DNA of 64,000 nucleotides from assembly GCA_045660325.1 (NCBI GenBank), contig JAZRDO010000001.1, positions 2,462-66,461 of the forward strand, in the 5' to 3' direction. Made by a program: the position numbers and the translations under genes. The notes below the pieces were generated by a model. The model saw only the letters and a list, made by a program, of their open reading frames with translations. It was not told where the DNA came from and did not search any database. Positions 57,701 to 64,000 of the stretch are shown here, piece by piece (the first letter of the stretch is position 1; each line of letters starts with the position of its first letter). Origin of the DNA: Eubacteriales bacterium. Its GTDB lineage: Bacteria > Bacillota > Clostridia > Oscillospirales > CAG-272.

Positions 57701-58359
57701 CAAACCTTGGGATACTCAAACGCAAGGTCACCGTTGTCCTTATACTTGGCAACAAGACCCGCCGCGCGTCCCTCAGCCTCAACTGTTCCCTTGTCCTCCT
57801 TACCGGAATAAACGCCGTCCTGGTAAAGATTTATCCAGTTCTTCTGAAGTGTGAGGTAACGAGCCTCCTTAAAGGGAACCTTATCGTTTATTTTAAGGAC
57901 TCTTTCAATGGGTGCGGGCTTACCCTCAACCGCGTAGTATTCAATAATAATTGTGTACTTCGCCGTTTGGGGAACCTCTACCGCCCAGGTTACAGAGCCC
58001 AAGCCCGAAGTGTAAAGAGCTTCAACACCCGCGTAAGTGCGAATGTGACCCGTTCCGTCTTTATCATATTCGGGGTCGGTTGTCAAATCGGGAATAACGC
58101 CGTCAATAGCATCAATGATCACCGTATTTTCAGGTAATGCCGGCTTGTACTGAGACGTTTCCTTCAAGTACTCATCATAAGAAATGGCATTGAGCATTTC
58201 TCTGATTTCCTGAATTTTGCTGGTATTTGCCGTAGAAGCAGAGTTAGCGGATCCGTCGCTGCTCTTTTCCGAAGCAAATGTCGGCAATGAAAAACAACCA
58301 ATAACAAACATTAAACAAAGCAATAATGCCGTCAATCTTTGAAATTTCGTCATTCTCAT
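54781..58359 (-). CDS. Giant (1192-aa) extracellular solute-binding protein with two N-terminal CBM-like beta-sandwich modules
   Basis: I prefer ATG 58359 (MRMTKFQRLTALLLCLMFVIGC..., RBS AGGAGG). Two stretches have the CBM6/35-like signature (TAKYTIIIEYYAVEGKPAPIERVLKINDKVPF; SGLYDIVTRFRQNLLDGMYVNRALYIYSG). An SBP family 1-like region follows from about residue 620 (VEVWMVSGRDQFQVVRSLVNNDFTPSKNITVDLKLV...), then a helical tail. Confidence 0.8.
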   Translation of the reverse strand: MRMTKFQRLTALLLCLMFVIGCFSLPTFASEKSSDGSANSASTANTSKIQEIREMLNAISYDEYLKETSQYKPALPENTVIIDAIDGVIPDLTTDPEYDKDGTGHIRTYAGVEALYTSGLGSVTWAVEVPQTAKYTIIIEYYAVEGKPAPIERVLKINDKVPFKEARYLTLQKNWINLYQDGVYSGKEDKGTVEAEGRAAGLVAKYKDNGDLAFEYPKVWTGAISDFCQKYSIRFMKVDVWGNELRPDAQQDPLWTTYQIKDSTGFYSSPFEFVFEAGKVNTITLEGKNEAVAIKSITLVPAEKLPTYEEYIASLGNVPYGNGSIKIEAEFTNTTTDKTIYALEDKSSAATSPSSPAVTLLNTIGESKWQSAGQAVTYQFKLGEGESGLYDIVTRFRQNLLDGMYVNRALYIYSGEGVSEGEAGYYNGIPFEEAKALVYNYNDNWQVTDLKSSNGQDGYHIYFKEGVVYTIKLEVTLGKMGEIVSRVQECLDRINGDYLSIIQLTGTTPDSDRDYGFSRIMPSQLIDMVIQSKVLDNPNYATDEQFPEPGVAQILTELAGQKSANVGTLQKIADLLLKMGQHEKEIAKNLARLKSYIGTLGTFLSDAKTQPLQMDYIIIQSPDEAMPKAEAGFFRAIWHEIRAFFASFTRDYNAVGATTKEDVDGVEVWMVSGRDQFQVVRSLVNNDFTPSKNITVDLKLVAGGTLLPSILAGEGPDVYLALGQDDVINYAIRSAILPIEQNEGFDEVTKSFTNAAMLVLGIEDAEGVRHYYGLPEIQSFAMMYVRLDVLADLYSEMDNADKTEENIIPETWEDVMALIPLLQAREMEIGLTTEYRMFLYQMGGELFADDGMRINLDSKVGLEAFEKMCKMFTDYKFPYMYDAANRFRTGEMPILIGDYTGLYNQLKVFATEIEGLWQFVPLPGIVNEDGVINNQSISGVGATVMVKGAEKRREDAWEFMKWYTGKNCQTEYTNEMVAIMGPSAKHPTANIEALESLPWTTEEFTQIMGQINGYDGEGGLDGLASIPNYPGAYIINRYVNFAFLAAYNEKADPQKELLSYINIINKEISRKRVEFGLETLEQGETLASKRLSQAQTAVDLLSERGYGNTALLDLIRTAIKSDDMLSIKEASEEVAKLIGESAKTDLKGDAMNIRTMQVQNKDIADKNRFSEENVLYFLSVALSDAANAMSKY

Positions 58360-58704
58360 TAAAGTTTTTCCTCCTGCTGAATTTTTCGGCGGATGTAAAG
58401 CCGCCATTTTAGGTTAAGCTTACGCATAATGCAGTGCGGTACGCGTAAACCGAAGAAATCAATAGCCCCCGCGTTTGGGAGCGATCAATCAAAAACACCT
58501 AAAGGTGTTTCGGACGGCACTGGCAGCACTATGCTATGCAATTGACCGTGAAACAGGATCCGTCCTTCCTATTGTAAAACGGTTTTCCTTTTTCACACAA
58601 AACACGTATTTAAGCCCTCTTCCCATCTGAGACAGCCGACAAAAGCACGTGTTAAACTCAGGTCATTGCATAACAAATACGTTGCGCACTATGCCCTAAA
58701 TTTA
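58360..58704 (-). promoter_or_regulatory. About 345-nt structured 5' leader with an internal terminator-like hairpin
   Basis: Minus strand: helices AACACGT...ACGTGTT and GGACGG...CCGTCC, then AAACACC-uuua-GGUGUUUUUGAUUG (plus coordinates 58484-58510), then about 125 nt more before the RBS. Confidence 0.4.
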
Positions 58705-58711
58705 CTTTAAT

Positions 58712-58741
58712 ATAATAACATAAATAAAGTTCGTTTGTCAA
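58712..58741 (-). promoter_or_regulatory. sigma-A type promoter of the 14-kb ABC operon
   Basis: Minus strand: TTGACA (58736-58741), 18 nt, TATTAT (58712-58717), with TGT upstream. Confidence 0.5.
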
Positions 58742-58907
58742 GATAAAAAAATCCCGCAAAATCCTTATGAACAATAGGATTTCGGGGTTTTTCCCGCTTT
58801 GAATGAACGGGTATCCCGACTTGAAATGAGCAATTTTTGCTCAAAACTGCCATTTTAATTTATTAAAGCGTCAATATGTAAATATAATTTACCCTAAAAG
58901 TGCATAT

Positions 58908-58943
58908 TTTGAATATATTCAAATCGTTTTGTATATATTTTCA
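58908..58943. repeat. Perfect 14-bp palindrome plus an adjacent degenerate copy (operator-like)
   Basis: TTGAATATATTCAA (58908-58921), then 6 nt, then TTGTATATATTTTCAA (58928-58943). Confidence 0.6.
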
Positions 58944-59821
58944 AGCTTTTTTACAAATTGGCGCGTGGAAAGTCAAACAAGGTAAATTCTTTTTACTTTA
59001 CCTATCATCATTTCACTATTGAAACAAGCGTTCTCACACACATATCAAAAATACGTTTTTGTGCAACTTTAACAGTTTTTAAGACTTTTTTTCTACATCC
59101 AAAAAATGTGCTTTTTAGAAAAACTTTTACTGTTTTATCCCCAAATTCAAAGATCGCGTCGAATTTTTGAGGTTTTTCATAAAATCCGCGAAATACCGCA
59201 AAGTTATTTACAGTTATTTCCATTTTTCTTAACAAGTAAACATTTCCCATGCCGCGCCTTCCTTCAATGCCGCAAAGCCCTTCGCTCCGATTGTCTCGGT
59301 GCGCCGCCCCTTAGATTTATCCGACAAGGCACTCATCATAGCAGGCACAAATAAACGCGGAGCTTAACCCACTACTACGCGAAAATGCAATTGGGGATAT
59401 ACACGAGAGATCCATAAAAACGCCTCTTGGTACCTGACGCCTCCTAACAATCGTCTTCTTGTGCGCCGTCCCTTGTGGTGCCTTTTACAATATCACATAA
59501 TGTCAAGTGATGCTTATGTGCTCGCAGCCATATACCGCCGTGCTTCGATCGCAGCCTCCGACGGATGCCAAAAGCTGTTCCGCAAAGCGCCGCCGAGCAG
59601 AAACGTCCCGCCTATCCAAGCAAACCGTATCCCATCACCGACATTATACCAATAAGCACCTCGGTCATCAGCCTCTTATTCCACTCGCAGATCGGAACCG
59701 ACGAACGGCGCATGATCAACGAGCGACGTTATCAAGATCCAAAGCGCACCGAATTCACGGCAACCGCCGCCTCTTCTATAAATCTATCATTGGTTTATTT
59801 TTAAACCTTTTGTTTGATTAA

Positions 59822-59861
59822 AGTATAAAAGACACACCCCCGATACAAGATCAAGGGTGTG
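59822..59861 (-). terminator. Rho-independent terminator after the HAD hydrolase gene
   Basis: Minus strand: CACACCC-15 nt loop-GGGTGTG followed by TCTTTTATACTT. Confidence 0.65.
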
Positions 59862-59870
59862 AAAATCGAA

Positions 59871-60506
59871 TTATTCAATTATTTTCTCAAGCTCGGAGAA
59901 ATCATCAAACACCGCGGCTCGGCAGGAAGAGAGTCGCTCTCTGTCGTGATGACCTCCCGTATATAGCGCGCAATCCGCGCCAAGAATCTCGGCAACCTCA
60001 AAGTCGTGTGTCGTATCTCCTATAAGCAGTGCTCTCGCCTCAGGGTTCCTCTCCCTCCACGCGCGAGCAAGATCCGCCTTACCTGCCGCGTGAATATTGG
60101 AAAGACCAATTATTTCGCCAAAATAGTCCTTTACACCAAGCTGCTCAAGCTGAGTTGTGAGCATCTCGATCTCGCAAGCCGACAAAACAAGCTGATCCAT
60201 TCCCTTCCCTTTGATATATGCGAGAAGCTCTCCGACTCCGTCCATAAGCTTTGGAGTCTTAGTATGCTCAAGATAAAGCTCGACCCACTCAACCGCAAGC
60301 ACCTCATAAGGCACCTTCGAGAAATCAAATCCGATCTTCTCATAATAATCGCGAACGGGAAAGCCGAAAACACGTCTGTACGCATCAACGCTCTCAATTT
60401 CCTTTACTCCGTACTTTCGGAGCATAATATTTACGCTCTCGATCCCCGCCATTACGTCGTCAAGGATCGTTCCGTTAAAATCCCAAATAATATGTGTGTA
60501 CTTCAT
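59871..60506 (-). CDS. HAD-IA family hydrolase (phosphoglycolate/sugar-phosphate phosphatase-like)
   Basis: IIWDFNGTILDD (DxD-type motif I variant), SAC (motif II region), and GDTTHDFEVA (motif IV). Confidence 0.85.
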   Translation of the reverse strand: MKYTHIIWDFNGTILDDVMAGIESVNIMLRKYGVKEIESVDAYRRVFGFPVRDYYEKIGFDFSKVPYEVLAVEWVELYLEHTKTPKLMDGVGELLAYIKGKGMDQLVLSACEIEMLTTQLEQLGVKDYFGEIIGLSNIHAAGKADLARAWRERNPEARALLIGDTTHDFEVAEILGADCALYTGGHHDRERLSSCRAAVFDDFSELEKIIE

Positions 60507-60507
60507 T

Positions 60508-60544
60508 TCCTTAAATTAAACAGCCCCCACGGTGTGCAGGGGCT
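60508..60544 (-). terminator. Hairpin terminator/attenuator between the SBP and HAD genes
   Basis: Minus strand: CAGCCCC-11 nt-GGGGCTG followed by TTTAATTT. Confidence 0.6.
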
Positions 60545-60558
60545 GTATATCATTAAAA

Positions 60559-62586
60559 TTACTTTTGTGTTGCTGCCCACGCGAGATAAAGTGTGGACGC
60601 GTAGTAGATCGTGCTTTCACCCTCGGGTCTTGCAGTTCCGGAGCAATATCTATGGAAGTCGATATTCTTATCGCCGAACTTAACCATAGTGCCTGCATCA
60701 TACTTAAGTCTATCAACCATGGGCTTAATCGCAATGGATCCCGTAGGACCGTTTATGAGATTACGATACTCAGTATAGCTCGTGCATGCCTCAAGCTCCG
60801 CCCAAATAGCCTCGGACATTGCCTTTATGTCAGCGATCTGATTGTTGTCAAGGGATGCGGGAGCATCGGGAGACATGGTGTTTTCCTCAAGGATCGCATT
60901 GATATCAAAGCCAAGAAGGGGATCAATGAGAGCCTCACTGTTCTGAAGACGAACGTTATTCCAGTAAGTAGAGGGCTTACCTTCCTCAGGATGCGCCATA
61001 AAGCAGTTACCTGTAACGTCCATATTCATCATATAGTCCTTGTTAAGACGAACGAGCTTTGTTGTGCCATCCTTGTTGGATTCAATATTGTAATGTGTTC
61101 CAAGAACGCCGTACTGAAGAATATTCTTGAGCTCCTTTGATGTGTTGAGCTCGGTAATAACCTCCATGCACTCCGTAATGTTTCCGGAGAATGCGCTTAC
61201 AGCGAACATATTGCCGTAAATGTCGGAGGAGTCAGCCTGAGGATACTTTACAACAACCGCATAGTATTCCTTGCCGTTCTCGTCCTTATAAACACCGCGA
61301 GAGGAATCTGTCCAGCCCTGCTTTACGGAGTAGTCGCCCTTCATAAAGGAAATAGCGGACTTTTGACCCTCTACAGGCTCGCCGTAGCAGTTATCAAACT
61401 GATACTTCTTGAGCGCGAGAAGTGTATTTCTATAATTCTCATCAGTGAAGAGAGAATTGAACTTCAAGGTAATATCGCCACGGTTTACATTAAGCGCGGA
61501 GCCGTAAAGGCAACCAACAAGATTAAACTTGTTTTCTCTGTTGATCGTGTACTTACTCATATCAACCTTGATAGGTCTGCCGTTTTCGTCGATCATCTCG
61601 AAGCCGTCCTCGTCAATAACGGGAACGCGGGACGTTTCAACGTCAATGTTCCAGTACCAAACGAGCATATCAAGGCACTCGTCGAAGCTGGACGCGATGG
61701 GAAGCACGTAGCCCTCATCACCTGCTGCAAGGCCCTTGTTTTCGTGTGTCATAATATCTTCAACAAGGCTCTGGCAGTCAATTATAGAATTTACGTTGCT
61801 ATAATTGAAGTAATACTTATCGCATATCTCCTTATCGAGAAGCATATAGGTGTATTCGCCGATCTCGTTGTTGTTCGGGATAGCATACGTTACGTCGCCA
61901 ACCTTTGTGCCCTGAAGCAAGGGAGTGGAAACGTACGTTGTAAGCTTTGCCGCAACACCTGCAAGCTCTTCATCAAGAGGAGCAAGCCATTCCGCATCAA
62001 TATAGCTTATGTATCTGTCGTAGCCGGAAATATAGATAATATCAACCTGATTCTTGCCCGCTGCGGGATACTTGATCTCGGGAATACCGTAATCATTGAT
62101 GATCGTCTCCTGCTCTACGGGTGCATCGGAGCCTGCAGCGCCGCCATAGGTGTGTCTGTAAGGCTCATATTCGGGATACTCCTGGAAGAATCTCTCAATG
62201 ATCTCCTCCTCGGTAAGCTTACCCTCCTTCTTGCCCTCGCTGATAGCATCGTCAAGAAGCTCCTTGAGCTCCTCGCCCATCTTATATTCATCTTCAAGCT
62301 GAACGAGCTTAGACTCAAGCTTGGTAAAGTATTCTTCCTCGGTATAGAAAACGAGGTCAACGTTTACCTTATATTTAGATTTAGTAATTGCCGAAAACGC
62401 GCCTTCAACCAATTCCTCGGTCTCCTTGGATATTTCGTTCTCGGAAACTATCCACATAGTAATAGTCTTTGCGCCGTCAACGCTTGCGACACCTGTATAA
62501 CCGTCCTTATCGGAGCAGCTCGCAAGAGCGATGGCAGACAGCAGCATAACGATAACAAGCGCTATGCTTATAAGTCTTTTCTGCAT
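60559..62586 (-). CDS. Large (675-aa) extracellular solute-binding lipoprotein (SBP family 1, LplA-like) with coiled-coil insert
   Basis: I prefer ATG 62586 (MQKRLISIALVIVMLLSAIALASC, lipobox LASC, RBS AGGAGG) over the track start 62700. The body is SBP-like (TITMWIVSENE...). The insert is EEYFTKLESKLVQLEDEYKMGEELKELLDD.... Confidence 0.8.
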   Translation of the reverse strand: MQKRLISIALVIVMLLSAIALASCSDKDGYTGVASVDGAKTITMWIVSENEISKETEELVEGAFSAITKSKYKVNVDLVFYTEEEYFTKLESKLVQLEDEYKMGEELKELLDDAISEGKKEGKLTEEEIIERFFQEYPEYEPYRHTYGGAAGSDAPVEQETIINDYGIPEIKYPAAGKNQVDIIYISGYDRYISYIDAEWLAPLDEELAGVAAKLTTYVSTPLLQGTKVGDVTYAIPNNNEIGEYTYMLLDKEICDKYYFNYSNVNSIIDCQSLVEDIMTHENKGLAAGDEGYVLPIASSFDECLDMLVWYWNIDVETSRVPVIDEDGFEMIDENGRPIKVDMSKYTINRENKFNLVGCLYGSALNVNRGDITLKFNSLFTDENYRNTLLALKKYQFDNCYGEPVEGQKSAISFMKGDYSVKQGWTDSSRGVYKDENGKEYYAVVVKYPQADSSDIYGNMFAVSAFSGNITECMEVITELNTSKELKNILQYGVLGTHYNIESNKDGTTKLVRLNKDYMMNMDVTGNCFMAHPEEGKPSTYWNNVRLQNSEALIDPLLGFDINAILEENTMSPDAPASLDNNQIADIKAMSEAIWAELEACTSYTEYRNLINGPTGSIAIKPMVDRLKYDAGTMVKFGDKNIDFHRYCSGTARPEGESTIYYASTLYLAWAATQK

Positions 62587-62678
62587 AAAGTTCCTCCTTT
62601 TACTCTCATCCCGATATATGTCAAGCACGTAAAAATAAGCATATTTTCGTATCGGAGCGAGAGAATACATACATATTA

Positions 62679-62707
62679 ATTTTACAATAAAAACAGTCAT
62701 TTGTCAA
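62679..62707 (-). promoter_or_regulatory. sigma-A type promoter of the SBP-HAD unit
   Basis: Minus strand: TTGACA (62702-62707), 17 nt, TAAAAT (62679-62684). Confidence 0.6.
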
Positions 62708-62908
62708 TACAAGAATAATACTTTAATTATATATATTATATAAAGAAAATCCACTATTGAAGGCCTTGCCGTTTTTTGTTCGTTGTTTTACACAACGACC
62801 CGTACAGGCTTTTGTGCAAAATGATATCTTTATTGTTTGTTATTAACATTTTTGCAATGATTTTTTTGTAATATGAAAATATAAATATTTACAAATTAAA
62901 TGTAAAAA

Positions 62909-64000
62909 TCAGTCAAGGAAGCCCTTGAGATGACGCGCGCGGCTGGGATGACGGAGCTTACGGAGAGCCTTAGCCTCGATCTGACGAATTCTCTCACGGG
63001 TAATGTCAAATTCCTTACCAACCTCTTCAAGAGTTCTTGTTCTGCCGTCGTAAAGACCGAAACGAAGCTTAATTACGTGCTCCTCACGGGGAGTAAGCGT
63101 ATGAAGCTCGCGCTCGATAACCTCGCGCAAGATTGTGGATGCAGCCGCATCTGCGGGAGCGGGTGTATCGTCATCGGGGATGAAGTCGCCGAGATGGCTG
63201 TCCTCCTCCTCGCCGATAGGAGTTTCAAGGGATACGGGGTCCTGAGAAATCTTGAGTATCTCTTTTACCTTTTCAGCACTCATACCGATCTTCTCGCCGA
63301 TCTCCTCAGCAGTAGGCTCACGGCCAAGCTCCTGAAGCATCTGACGGGAATATCTTGTAACTCTGTGAATTGTCTCAACCATGTGAACGGGGATACGAAT
63401 AGTTCTCGCCTGATCGGCAATAGCTCTTGTGATCGCCTGACGGATCCACCAAGTCGCGTACGTGGAGAACTTATAGCCCTTCTGATAGTCGAACTTATCA
63501 ACCGCCTTCATAAGACCGAGGTTACCCTCCTGAATAAGATCAAGGAAGAACATACCACGACCGAGATATCTCTTCGCGATACTTACAACGAGACGAAGGT
63601 TGGACTCAACGAGTCTCATCTGAGCCTCTTCGTCACCCTGCGCCATTCTCTCTGCGAGAATCTTTTCCTCCTCGGAATCAAGAAGCGGAATGCGTCCGAT
63701 CTCCTTTAAGTACTGACGAACGGGGTCGTCAATAGCAAAGCCCTCCTGCTCGAGAATCTTCTCCATATTCTCGCCCGTGCCGAACTTGGAAACCTCGTTC
63801 TGGATCTCCTCCATCTCGGCGTTGGAAATATCGCCGGGAAGCGGAACGTTATTGTCCTCAAGGGACTCGTAGAGCTTGTCAAGGCTATCAATATCGTAGC
63901 CCATCTCCTCGAGTGCTTCGTCGAGGTCATTGTCAGTAAGACCGCTCTTCTTACCCTTTGCTATAAGGTCGTCGATCTTACTACTCTTATTGTTTTCCGT
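62909..64000 (-). CDS. rpoD: RNA polymerase sigma factor RpoD/SigA (5' end outside window)
   Basis: Region 2 ([27 protein letters not shown]) and region 4.2 ([29 protein letters not shown]). The frame stays open upstream of the track ATG (63904) to position 64000: ...[28 protein letters not shown]. Confidence 0.93.
   Translation of the reverse strand, partial: TENNKSSKIDDLIAKGKKSGLTDNDLDEALEEMGYDIDSLDKLYESLEDNNVPLPGDISNAEMEEIQNEVSKFGTGENMEKILEQEGFAIDDPVRQYLKEIGRIPLLDSEEEKILAERMAQGDEEAQMRLVESNLRLVVSIAKRYLGRGMFFLDLIQEGNLGLMKAVDKFDYQKGYKFSTYATWWIRQAITRAIADQARTIRIPVHMVETIHRVTRYSRQMLQELGREPTAEEIGEKIGMSAEKVKEILKISQDPVSLETPIGEEEDSHLGDFIPDDDTPAPADAAASTILREVIERELHTLTPREEHVIKLRFGLYDGRTRTLEEVGKEFDITRERIRQIEAKALRKLRHPSRARHLKGFLD

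Noticed and set aside
58573-58588. TGTAAAACGGTTTTCC as a CcpA cre site in the operon leader.
   Set aside because: The dyad has an odd-numbered centre (AAAAC-C-GTTTT) and does not fit WTGNAANCGNWNNCW. It is mentioned only as a near-palindrome.
59008-59250. 80-aa minus-strand ORF and neighbouring 70-82-aa plus-strand ORFs in the AT-rich half of the gap.
   Set aside because: Lys/Phe-rich translations of AT-rich DNA, with no RBS and no motif.
59251-59273. The minus-strand GAAGGAAGGCGCGGC resembles the GGAAGGAAGCAGC core of SRP (4.5S/scRNA) RNA.
   Set aside because: The flanking GUCAGGUCCGG element and the symmetric-loop partner are missing. I judge it a chance similarity.
59461-59821. Three overlapping plus-strand ORFs (64, 104 and 79 aa) in all three frames.
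   Set aside because: None has an RBS or a protein-like sequence. Simultaneous openness of all frames reflects the C-rich, stop-poor composition. The region is reported as an ORF-free anomaly instead.
1-64000. Mobile elements, prophage, defence systems (RM, TA, CRISPR-Cas, retron-like), and tRNA/rRNA genes.
   Set aside because: No integrase, transposase, recombinase, reverse transcriptase, nuclease-helicase pairs or inverted terminal repeats were seen in any frame. No tRNA-like T-arm motifs were seen in the intergenic regions. The only accessory-looking blocks are the transport loci and the small islands reported above.

Overview
The window is a 64-kb chromosomal segment that reads like a spore-forming, Clostridia-class Bacillota genome. 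Supporting signs are the gene orders rnc-radical SAM-smc-ftsY, yhbY-nadD-yqeK-rsfS and scpA-scpB-ytfI-like-gerW-dac carboxypeptidase, a Phe T-box leader, and many near-consensus sigma-A promoters. I call about 57 protein genes. I found no rRNA or tRNA genes, no CRISPR array, and no transposase, integrase or phage genes.

Positions 1-44.1 kb are mostly core housekeeping: gltX, glnS, pheST, ruvX, rsfS operon, ftsY, smc, rnc, trmFO, topA, dprA, infC-rpmI-rplT, lon, engB, lysA, scpAB, sporulation/cell-wall genes and rluB. A few small islands of unknown function sit among them: a repeat-containing lipoprotein, a CE4 deacetylase plus an RNHCP protein, and two tandem zinc-ribbon membrane paralogs.

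Positions 44.1-62.6 kb are the accessory part and hold my best candidate for an undescribed system, a 14.2-kb single-strand operon (44155-58359, minus strand). It encodes:
- a 1192-aa solute-binding protein (SBP) with two CBM-like N-terminal modules;
- two complete CUT1-type permease pairs;
- a 717-aa fusion of an NHL propeller, TPR and a Yip1 membrane domain;
- a 1447-aa secreted protein with a TIM-barrel-glycosidase-like core.

The operon has no ATPase, no regulator and no recognisable CAZyme. It is preceded by a ~345-nt structured leader and a ~1.1-kb ORF-free, compositionally two-part region.

Other points worth a second look are a promoter-to-terminator candidate sRNA between infC and lon, a composite short-repeat palindrome between engB and lysA, a non-AUG (ATA) infC start with an attenuator-like leader, and an RBS-sequestering hairpin before the dac gene.

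The many long antisense ORFs in the track are codon-bias shadows, not genes. All family assignments come from reading motifs by eye. No database search was run.
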